A stretch of DNA of 15,268 nucleotides from Candidatus Thorarchaeota archaeon (GCA_011364905.1 RDNZ01000055.1:1-15268), one strand, 5' to 3'; positions 8,101-14,379 are shown, counted from the first letter of the stretch. Translations and numbers: made by a program. The notes: generated by a model from the sequence alone, not told the origin.

Positions 8101-10825
8101 TGAACATGGTCTTGGTAACTACAGTCTCGAATTCAGTGCAATTCTCCCTGGTACATATGTGATTACAATCATCGCCTTCAAACCATTCCATCAACGGAAC
8201 TCAAGTTCATTCTCACTCATCGTTAGGAACATCCCTACAAATCTCACACTCTCAGTCGGAACCAGCGAGGAGATGGGCCTTACTGACACCTATGAGATGA
8301 GTTTCCGTTATGAGATGTATAATGGAACCGGAATTGAAGACGCGAGTGTTAGTATAGTCCATCCTTCAGGTGTAACACACAAAGTCATTCAGCTTGGACT
8401 CGGAAACTATAACGTGCAATTCAATGCCACTCTTCCTGGTAGTTATCTGGTCACGATAAGTACTTCTAAGCAGTATTGCCAAGCCAATTCAAGCTCATTC
8501 TTGCTTGTTGTCCAAGAAATTTCAACAAATCTCACACTCTCAGTTGGCACCAGTGAGGAGATGGGCCTTACTGACACCTATGAGATGAGTTTCCGTTATG
8601 AGATGTATAATGGAACCGGAATCGAAGGTGCCTCGATTAACATTATTTACAATTCCGGAATAATCCCAAATCTTGTTGAACAGGGTCTTGGAAACTACAG
8701 TATTCAATTCAATGCTGATTCATCTGGTCAATACTTGATAACGATTGATGCATCAAAGCAGTATTGTCAGCGTGTCTCAGATTCCTTCTTACTTGTTGTT
8801 CGTGAAATCAGTACAAACATGGTTTCATTGAATGGTACATCGGACTTCATTAGTTTTGGCAAGAGCTACCGGCTCTTTGTTTCTTATACGAATACCTCTG
8901 GTTATGGATTAGTTGGAGCGAATGTTTCTGTTGTCGATGCTGATGCAGGTATCGATTACACTCCGGGTGAATTTGAAGCGCCTGGAATCTATTCGATTCT
9001 GCTAACTCCATTGTCATCCAATACATTCTCAGTTACAGTTCAAGCAAACCTAACGAATTATCGTACCCAAACTTTGTTTTTCACATTGGTTGCAACCGCT
9101 ATTTCTACCACACTTACGACATTAAATGCCAGTGCGTCTGTTTCTGTCGATCAAAGTTTCACTGTCTATCTACGTTACCAAGATGAAGACTCAAACAATC
9201 TTGAGAATGCAAGCCTAAGTATTCTAAATCCTCCTCTGAATCTGACCCTCTCTCTGTTTGAAGATCTTGGCGATGGATTATATAGAATTACACTCTCTCC
9301 TGAAGAAATCGATACTTTTGATGTCGTATTTAGTGCAAGCAAGGATGGTTACCAGACTGACTACGCATCATTTACATTGATAGCAACGATTGTTCATACA
9401 GATCTAGTCATTAGGGGATTGTCTTCAGTAAGCATAACTTATTCTGAGCAATACGAACTGATTGTTTTGTACACACGAATAGATACTGGATTAAACATAA
9501 CTGGAGCATCAATCACAGTTGCCCCGGGAGGTCCTGGGTTGAACTGGACATTAACAGAAGAGGCCACTGGCGGATATCGTATTCGTCTTGATCCTCAGAT
9601 AGCTGGCAATTGGAGTATCAGCATTTACGCTATTGGGGACAAATATGCAGGAAACTTCGTTCCTTTCAGACTTGAAGCGAAGCCCATTTCGATGGCGGTC
9701 GAGTTGGTATCTGGCTCATCGCATATGGAAGCAAGCCCTTTTACTATCATTGTAAGGCTTTTTGAGTATGGTTCTAACACACCAGTGGATGAAGCATCAG
9801 TTAGCTATAGATTTTCTGTTTCAAAAACCGGTTCATTCAAAGAGATGGACCCAGGTGACACTCCAGGTGAGTATACCGCTCTGCTTCCAGCTGTGCCTCT
9901 GTATGCCCAATCTCAATATAGACTTGAGATCAAAGCTGAAAAAGAGAACTATGTTATGCTACAAGATTACGACATTGAGTTCACAATAACTCAGAACTTC
10001 GTTGCAAGAAATAGCTTGACAATTACTGCATCTGGTGGAATTGGTATTTCACTTGTCGTCTTTTTTGTGGCTCTACGTATTGTTTCGTCAAGAAAGAAGA
10101 AACAGCTCAATTATGATCTGGTTAACAAGCGTCGATTTGACGACGCTGACAATCTCATTGGTGCGATTGTGCTTCACAAGAAGAGTGGTATCCCTATCTA
10201 CTCGAAAATACCAAAAGGTGGATTCGACGAAGGGATAGTTGCAGCTTTTGTGTCTGCAGTGACTCACTTCAGAGAGGAGTTTGAGATGTTTGATGAGGAG
10301 CAGATGCAGGTCATCCCCATTTCGGATATCATTCGTGCCGTTCAGACTAGAAATCTCATCTGCGCTTTTATTACTGTAAAGTCTGCCTCAATAGAGCAGA
10401 ATAGAAAGATGGAAGCTTATGCCATGCAGGTTGGTACTTATCTCGACGACCTGTTTGAGGACCAACCGGGTTCACTGATTGATGAGAAAATCAAAGATAT
10501 GCTTGACTTCATTTTTGACACGACAATGGATGGGAATCTGGTCAAGTACTTCAAGGTGTCCACATCGGAGCCGTTTCCGAAACGATACAAGCTTCTTGAG
10601 AGATTGATGAAAGACATTGACATGAGGCATTGCTCAAAACCCGTGTACTTGGCTCAAGGCGTAGCCACATATGGTGTCACGCAAGCCAGAGGCTGTACAC
10701 TGGTGCTTGAGGCCATCGATTTGGGTCTGATCTCCATATGTGAAGAGCACGAGGTGGACAGGTCTGGGATTGACTTCAAGGAATTCTTCAGAAGTTCGGA
10801 AGAACGAGCCAATTCAGAAGCATGA
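5189..10825 (+). CDS. Paralogue 3: ~1880-aa single-pass surface glycoprotein (signal peptide, N-terminal head, ~10 Ig-like repeats, TM, cytoplasmic longin-like and wHTH-like domains)
   Basis: Long ORF. ATG at 5189 is preferred because GGTGA (5176-5180) lies 8 nt upstream; alternatives are 5177 and 5180. Signal peptide MTRRFLPSLVILSMFIITI. The head is colinear with paralogue 2 (DLPLD.THGWV, LYVANGT, YYLRGPL, YTYVG.LG.Y, DWENAT..DP, LGWW, WTNGTE). TM at ~10022-10090 followed by RKKK. Confidence 0.9.
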   Translation: MTRRFLPSLVILSMFIITITWVPQIPIAAPAISNLKPQDKSSPTPVEQDEAIPIEETKPEGKNVYSLADAAPADGVLNPVTVEQSGYAASGNISARSDNYQNLAYDLPLDVTHGWVADVTEVSVWNLEKLYVANGTYDQGFPGVNVNPNGTIDYYPLGWSANSTDTATYSDDVQLAAYDDTGRQYVMVENQGGKVGQNAFGHSAGTSIIWTQSVQNAPYTEDFLLDFNYFYLRGPLDKNPGDPISGNCSIAVLIDGITVWNMSLLTLSQRGVWTDTGVIPITVTGAPSSFVFQIGLVIDQSLTLDKRLDYDNNGIADGIGNAAYITVYLDDVSFIKATPPTADQVQLEFSTGGISEALAGSVGTYYASITNSSYWTTTPVPVTLTSNTSVSFDYKTRLHSHRFTDSNWRTNIDDVGVAYTVDHGISSDLTLYTYVGYLGNYEDPEMMLFFPDDWENATVSDPFLVDLTGNCTIWTNNLTVPTSVIDRLGWWQIKMESPNYAKSINSQILDAVWIDETTFRIGNTTRADISIGTVTETPVTLTDVNITWFNPYDQIWFSELRPGASGEVTSTGRTFNSGSSPAGEWWVEVLWTNGTEVAYDMAGFEVRHSTKLEADPIDITTDAGSTFKGVVRYTDNDIGAYLMDPAATIEGNWSASTVPFDAISVKNWWEADFDTSLVGAGEFVISVTASRQYYDDASCIIYVHSINVTRLTSPNAPWTAAKLGSSVSLTFKYESYYSLTDTWTHVKNETDVTASLNWTSGYWSVTENRALGIYNMSLDTNIVNSGTYLLNVTFNKPNHYSQTLFLTLILSPMTSSLTVVDGLSARVDLDTPKAITLRFTDKDGYPVQDASVVVDSTSPSSGLSYTSVIEKAGEPGNYTVTLTPYSPTVFTVRFLATGKNVEPAISVFVLVVNDVPTKFEIFSPPSVEIGLSEAYNTTFRYELSNGTGIENAGIDVVYSGTIGTLGWTSPSEHGLGNYSLEFSAILPGTYVITIIAFKPFHQRNSSSFSLIVRNIPTNLTLSVGTSEEMGLTDTYEMSFRYEMYNGTGIEDASVSIVHPSGVTHKVIQLGLGNYNVQFNATLPGSYLVTISTSKQYCQANSSSFLLVVQEISTNLTLSVGTSEEMGLTDTYEMSFRYEMYNGTGIEGASINIIYNSGIIPNLVEQGLGNYSIQFNADSSGQYLITIDASKQYCQRVSDSFLLVVREISTNMVSLNGTSDFISFGKSYRLFVSYTNTSGYGLVGANVSVVDADAGIDYTPGEFEAPGIYSILLTPLSSNTFSVTVQANLTNYRTQTLFFTLVATAISTTLTTLNASASVSVDQSFTVYLRYQDEDSNNLENASLSILNPPLNLTLSLFEDLGDGLYRITLSPEEIDTFDVVFSASKDGYQTDYASFTLIATIVHTDLVIRGLSSVSITYSEQYELIVLYTRIDTGLNITGASITVAPGGPGLNWTLTEEATGGYRIRLDPQIAGNWSISIYAIGDKYAGNFVPFRLEAKPISMAVELVSGSSHMEASPFTIIVRLFEYGSNTPVDEASVSYRFSVSKTGSFKEMDPGDTPGEYTALLPAVPLYAQSQYRLEIKAEKENYVMLQDYDIEFTITQNFVARNSLTITASGGIGISLVVFFVALRIVSSRKKKQLNYDLVNKRRFDDADNLIGAIVLHKKSGIPIYSKIPKGGFDEGIVAAFVSAVTHFREEFEMFDEEQMQVIPISDIIRAVQTRNLICAFITVKSASIEQNRKMEAYAMQVGTYLDDLFEDQPGSLIDEKIKDMLDFIFDTTMDGNLVKYFKVSTSEPFPKRYKLLERLMKDIDMRHCSKPVYLAQGVATYGVTQARGCTLVLEAIDLGLISICEEHEVDRSGIDFKEFFRSSEERANSEA
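8237..8339 (+). repeat. Intragenic direct repeat, copy 1 (N-terminal third of Ig-like repeat 5)
   Basis: 103 bp matching 8525-8627 with 4 mismatches, all synonymous. Perfect 68-bp core at 8267-8334. Offset 288 bp (96 codons). Encodes TNLTLSVGTSEEMGLTDTYEMSFRYEMYNGTGIE. Confidence 0.95.
8525..8627 (+). repeat. Intragenic direct repeat, copy 2 (N-terminal third of Ig-like repeat 6)
   Basis: 99/103 identical to 8237-8339. Confidence 0.95.
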
Positions 10826-10958
10826 TTCCAATGTCATTAGCGCATCGATATGCTCCTATATTCACCGATGTGCTGACCTAAGCAAATCAAGGTGCCCCAA
10901 ATAAACTCAGACTCTGCAAACGCTCCTTAGATACCATCGAGAAGAAGCGAATTCGAAA

Positions 10959-12152
10959 CTATCGCTGCTTCTTCAGTTGAAAACGCATGACAACAGCAAC
11001 CACAACCAAAGCCACTCCTGCAATTCCTAGAATCAAAAGCAAATTGACCCCATTATGACTTTCCGTCAAAACAGAATCATGAACGTATCGGAGAATGTCG
11101 TCACTGACATCCTCTCCCGGTTCGTCTGCACTCGCTGTGATCGCGACCACAACATTATACTTCCGTATGACATGTATATACTGTCCTTCACTACCAATCG
11201 CGCTACACAAACCCTCTCGTGGATTGACCCACCATTGGTAGCCGTAGTTTGTTGAGAGAAGAGTTGCGTTGGCATGCGGAGCGAACGATTGAGCGACATA
11301 TTCCTCTGTCATGATCTCGTTTCCATTCCAGGTGCCATTGTTGATATAGAGGAGTCCAAGTTTCGCCATCGAGCGAGGCGTGACAAATAGTAGTGTTCCG
11401 CCAATATGGATGCCCTGGTTATCCGTACCCCAACCTCCAATTGTCATGTTGAGAGGGTCAAAGAGGTATTGCTTAGCAAAATCATATGTTGACATGCCTG
11501 TGGCTGCCTGAATGATTGCAGAAAGGACATGCGAAGCGCCAGTGGTATACACCCAGTGTTCTCCGGGTTCAAAGACCATTGGCAGGCTCAAGAAGAACTC
11601 TACGGAATTGACACCAAATCCAAACATCTGATTATACATGTTATCGGGTTGAGTGTAGGAGATGTTCCACTCATTCCAATCTAGACCTGTAGTCATAGTA
11701 AGCAGATGCTCTATTGTCATTTCTTCCTTTCGAGCGTCGGGGTTTCCAATCGTCAACTCCGAGAAGAAGTCCAGTACCTTTTGACTTACATTATCAAGAA
11801 AACCTTCCTTCAGTGCAATGCCCACAAGCGCACCCGTGAAGCTCTTTGTGCAAGAGAATATGTGGCGAGTAGTGTTCTCAGTGTTGTATCCCCAATACCC
11901 CTCCTTTACAATGTACCCATTTCTTGTGATGACTAGTCCTTTTATTGCAGCATTCGAATCATCGATGAACTGCATCATGTCGTTCAATACAGCGGAGCTC
12001 ATTCCCTGCTCTTCAGGACTTGTACTCGTCCACATGTTAGTAGGGAAGTACGTGTCTGCTTCGGCTGTAACCATTGGTACGCCATTCACGCTCAACTGAA
12101 GTACGAGCAAAAGGATGGTGAGTGCAACTCCTTTCGAATTCAATCCTAACAC
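10959..12152 (-). CDS. Membrane-anchored serine hydrolase, beta-lactamase class C / 6-aminohexanoate-dimer hydrolase-like fold
   Basis: S-x-x-K motif (FSCTKS), TIEHLLTMTTGL, FEPGEHWVYTTG (catalytic Tyr), PRSMAKLGLLYINNGTWNG, YGYQWW and AIGSEGQYI. N-terminal signal peptide and C-terminal TM helix followed by KKQR. Confidence 0.9.
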   Translation of the reverse strand: MLGLNSKGVALTILLLVLQLSVNGVPMVTAEADTYFPTNMWTSTSPEEQGMSSAVLNDMMQFIDDSNAAIKGLVITRNGYIVKEGYWGYNTENTTRHIFSCTKSFTGALVGIALKEGFLDNVSQKVLDFFSELTIGNPDARKEEMTIEHLLTMTTGLDWNEWNISYTQPDNMYNQMFGFGVNSVEFFLSLPMVFEPGEHWVYTTGASHVLSAIIQAATGMSTYDFAKQYLFDPLNMTIGGWGTDNQGIHIGGTLLFVTPRSMAKLGLLYINNGTWNGNEIMTEEYVAQSFAPHANATLLSTNYGYQWWVNPREGLCSAIGSEGQYIHVIRKYNVVVAITASADEPGEDVSDDILRYVHDSVLTESHNGVNLLLILGIAGVALVVVAVVMRFQLKKQR

Positions 12153-12167
12153 ACTTCTAGCTTGTAA

Positions 12168-12186
12168 AGATAGTATCTAATAAAAA
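12168..12186 (-). promoter_or_regulatory. Putative TATA box (TTTTTATTA) of the hydrolase gene with an adjacent AGATA-N-TATCT palindrome
   Basis: The AT-rich box lies ~26-34 nt upstream of GTG 12152, which fits a near-leaderless archaeal transcript. The inverted repeat 12168-12178 sits between the box and the start. Confidence 0.45.
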
Positions 12187-12390
12187 TAAGATTTCGAGCA
12201 ATCTCTTGCTGCTCTCAGTGTGACCGTCCGAAAACAAGCAACCCCCTCTCCCCTTTTCTTCTTCTGGAACATGAAACGTAGAGTCTTCTACAGTGTGAGA
12301 TCCGGCTTTCTAGTGGCATTCTATGGCTGTATTCTCCATATACGCCACATGTATTCTCTATGTAACACCTGCGTACATCTCCTCATAACG

Positions 12391-12404
12391 CTAAGGGTTA
12401 AAAG
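12391..12404 (+). promoter_or_regulatory. Putative BRE/TATA promoter (CTAAGGG-TTAAAAG) for the small-ORF unit
   Basis: TATA-like element ~75 nt upstream of ATG 12477. Similar CTAG/CTAAG-TATA arrangements occur at 12931-12941 (+) and 14174-14163 (-). Confidence 0.4.
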
Positions 12405-12476
12405 CGGAATCAGTGGAAATAGAGGTGAGTTGTACCACAGAAAGAAAATATAGAAATCAACACGGAGACGCAAGCG

Positions 12477-12617
12477 ATGACCAAGGAAAACCGACCCGCC
12501 TCAACCCTCGCGAAAAATGCAGAAGTCCTCCATACCCTCTATGGCCTTTTGGACAGCGACCGTGAACCTACCGACCAAGACGCGCAGAGCCTTCGCTACC
12601 TCTACGCGAGTTCCTGA
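12477..12617 (+). CDS. Small hypothetical protein, 46 aa (MTKENRPASTLAKNAEVLHTLYGLLDSDREPTDQDAQSLRYLYASS)
   Basis: ATG with GGAGA 8 nt upstream, an upstream TATA-like box and a perfect hairpin just after the stop. The sequence has an amphipathic helix-loop-helix pattern. It is below the ORF-track cutoff. Confidence 0.55.
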   Translation: MTKENRPASTLAKNAEVLHTLYGLLDSDREPTDQDAQSLRYLYASS

Positions 12618-12629
12618 CATTATTACGAT

Positions 12630-12722
12630 CCTCATTTTCCAATGAGGTCAATTCGCTGTCTCCGTGCACCTCCCGGCATCAGAGACACAGTGGGGGCGGA
12701 CTCCCCTAGGTCTGTCCCCCAC
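12630..12722 (+). other. Three consecutive stem-loops (structured RNA or ssDNA element)
   Basis: CCTCATT-ttcc-AATGAGG (12630-12647). TGTCTC...GAGACA with inner GTGC/GCAT (12657-12687). GTGGGGG-CGGAC...GTCTG-t-CCCCCAC (12690-12722). Confidence 0.6.
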
Positions 12723-12745
12723 ACCATCTTCATGAGTTGATCAAG

Positions 12746-12862
12746 ATGGCAACTACGGAAAAAACAAAACTGGCACGATCAAAGGGCACATCCACCATTC
12801 TCAGAAGGTACCGTCTCGAGGCGGATAGGACTCTTCGTCGGCGGCTCAAGAATCGAAAGTGA
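12746..12862 (+). CDS. Small very basic peptide, 38 aa (MATTEKTKLARSKGTSTILRRYRLEADRTLRRRLKNRK), or remnant of a gene 3' end
   Basis: ATG preceded by GAGTTGA. Its last 15 codons and the stop are conserved in frame at 14187-14234, mostly through synonymous changes. Confidence 0.35.
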   Translation: MATTEKTKLARSKGTSTILRRYRLEADRTLRRRLKNRK

Positions 12863-12922
12863 TCATCCCGGATTTTTTTGCACATGCAGAATTATACCAG
12901 CAAAGTTGGAACACGTGTTCTA
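12814..12922 (+). repeat. Bipartite direct repeat, copy R1
   Basis: Ungapped match to 14186-14294 (offset 1372). Block A is 36/40 identical, the 52-nt spacer 26/52, and block B (TTGGAACACGTGTTCTA) 17/17. Confidence 0.9.
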
Positions 12923-12930
12923 ATTCATCA

Positions 12931-12982
12931 CTAGATTTAAGGACAGCAAATACTGGATATTCCTACATTCACAGACAGGTGA
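12931..12982 (+). promoter_or_regulatory. Putative TATA box (TTTAAG 12936-12941) and Shine-Dalgarno (AGGTGA 12977-12982) of the membrane-protein gene
   Basis: Canonical archaeal SD 5 nt before ATG 12988. The TATA-like box is ~15 nt downstream of the GAACACGTGTTC palindrome. Confidence 0.55.
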
Positions 12983-12987
12983 TTCGA

Positions 12988-13662
12988 ATGACTGAGAACA
13001 TTGGACCCAAATTGAAAGTCGTATCAGTATTCGTCTTCCTTGGGTTCCTTATGACCTTGGGACTGACTGCGACAACCCTGCTCAATCCTGGAGGAGGTAA
13101 CCTCTATGAGATCCGACCAATCGCGAATGTGATTGCTGACCTTGTTGCTGCAACTCCAATGGACATCAACATCAAGCTAGCGAGTCTGGTGTTTGACAAC
13201 TTCTTCATGATTGGCTACCTCAGCATCTTCTATGGACTTTACCTGCTGACAAAGGGAAAGGAGGATCTATTTGCAAAGGTGGCATTTGCCCTTGGCAGTC
13301 TGACCTTCATCTCTGACCTGATTGAGAACGCATTTCAGGTTGCACTCCTGACCGGGGTGCCCAATGGATGGGTGCCAGCTGACAGTGTCTTCTCAACATT
13401 CTGGACTGTCATGTTCGTGAAGGATATATCGAGCTACATGGCTGGCTTCACATTCATTGTGCTCCTGCTCCTGTCCCTAAGCGAACCCGTAGAATTTAGA
13501 ATGTCAAAGATGATCTTTGTCATTCTCTTGGGTCTCTATGTCGGTCTTGGAGTGATTGCAATCATCCAGCCTTCTCTCCTAGTCTTCAGGAACCTGAGCT
13601 TCATGATTGACTTACTTATTGCATCGCTTCTTTTTCGGCAGTTATCTCAAAGGATGGGATAG
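12988..13662 (+). CDS. Multi-pass (about 6 TM) integral membrane protein of unknown function, 224 aa
   Basis: Hydrophobic helices with embedded polar motifs (FDNFF..Y, SDLIEN, VKD). The start was moved from 12859 to the ATG following AGGTGA because the 5' extension is hydrophilic and overlaps repeat R1. Confidence 0.85.
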   Translation: MTENIGPKLKVVSVFVFLGFLMTLGLTATTLLNPGGGNLYEIRPIANVIADLVAATPMDINIKLASLVFDNFFMIGYLSIFYGLYLLTKGKEDLFAKVAFALGSLTFISDLIENAFQVALLTGVPNGWVPADSVFSTFWTVMFVKDISSYMAGFTFIVLLLLSLSEPVEFRMSKMIFVILLGLYVGLGVIAIIQPSLLVFRNLSFMIDLLIASLLFRQLSQRMG

Positions 13663-13664
13663 AA

Positions 13665-14096
13665 CTACTCCGAAACAAGAAACGCTTGCTTGATTCCTCC
13701 AGCACGCTGAACCTCAAACAGACACCAGAACAACACAAAATCAATCGTTGTATTTGCAATCAGTGGCAAAATTCTCCAATCTGGACCAAATGTCACGAGT
13801 AGTGATGCCCACACGAGACCTGAGAGTACCACCGCAATTAGAGCAATCACCATAGATGCATGCACACTATACTTGACCTTTTGAAGTAGAGTTCTCAAGA
13901 GTATCAACTGAAGGAACCCAACTGCATAGAGAACACCAAATGCTAGTACCCAGTGAATTGGGATGATTGAAACTATGTCACTGAATGCAAGGAGGCTCCC
14001 GATGAAGAATATTCCAGAAACTGCCTGCAGTCTAAGACTCAGTCCAAGGTATGATCGAGTAGGCGGTATTGCTGTCATCGCGTTTTTGTATCGCAT
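13665..14096 (-). CDS. 4-TM membrane protein of unknown function, ~143 aa
   Basis: Four hydrophobic segments. Its stop is 2 bp from the stop of the convergent gene. The start is likely ATG 14096 (or 14078), downstream of a TTATAT box at 14168-14163. The track's extension to 14255 runs through repeat R2. Confidence 0.75.
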   Translation of the reverse strand: MRYKNAMTAIPPTRSYLGLSLRLQAVSGIFFIGSLLAFSDIVSIIPIHWVLAFGVLYAVGFLQLILLRTLLQKVKYSVHASMVIALIAVVLSGLVWASLLVTFGPDWRILPLIANTTIDFVLFWCLFEVQRAGGIKQAFLVSE

Positions 14097-14160
14097 CAAT
14101 CCTTCTAAAGACTTGGTTTCCGAGTATTTCGAAAACCTATGAGCTATCAAGACTCGTTTG

Positions 14161-14174
14161 ACATATAACCCTAG
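14161..14174 (-). promoter_or_regulatory. Putative BRE/TATA promoter (CTAGGG-TTATAT) for the 4-TM gene
   Basis: TATA-like box ~70 nt upstream of ATG 14096, abutting the left edge of repeat R2. Confidence 0.45.
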
Positions 14175-14185
14175 ACAGTGAAGCA

Positions 14186-14294
14186 TCTCGAGGCGGATAG
14201 GACGCTTTGTCGCCGACTCAAGAATAGGAGATAGTTTTTCAGCATCTCTTTTCAATTGGAATTTTCTGCCAAGAATCTTGGAACACGTGTTCTA
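14186..14294 (+). repeat. Bipartite direct repeat, copy R2
   Basis: TCTCGAGGCGGATAGGAC-GCTTTGTCGCCGACTCAAGAAT, then 52 nt, then TTGGAACACGTGTTCTA. 79/109 identical to R1 without gaps. Confidence 0.9.
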
Positions 14295-14379
14295 GGAATT
14301 CTCTGTTCTGAGGTTGTGTTTACATTTACTAGCTGTAATGTCCTGTTTTACTGTCGCGAAATACTCTCATCAGTTATTG

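Noticed and set aside
32-10623. Short alternative-frame and antisense ORFs inside the three large genes (e.g. 32..334, 1784..2044, 2325..2552, 2709..3002, 4233..4452, 4646..4997, 5555..5794, 6843..7242, 9762..10623)
   Set aside because: They fully or largely overlap well-supported long CDSs, have no recognisable motifs, and are expected shadow ORFs.
11055-12099. Four short ORFs overlapping the serine hydrolase
   Set aside because: Shadow frames of a clearly motif-bearing gene.
12220-12453. 77-aa ORF in the divergent intergenic region
   Set aside because: GTG start without SD, atypical composition, and it spans the putative promoter of the 46-aa ORF.
12615-12740. Possible selenocysteine readthrough of the TGA of the 46-aa ORF with downstream hairpins as SECIS
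   Set aside because: No recognisable SECIS core motifs, no redox-motif context, and the readthrough peptide looks non-coding.
12859-12987. N-terminal extension of the 267-aa ORF
   Set aside because: It overlaps repeat R1 and the TATA-like box, and a canonical AGGTGA SD supports ATG 12988.
12814-14294. R1/R2 as a CRISPR array, DGR template/variable repeat pair, or classical attC sites
   Set aside because: There are only two copies, 1.37 kb apart, with no cas or reverse-transcriptase gene. Mismatches are not adenine-specific, and no RYYYAAC...GTTRRRY attC boundaries were seen.
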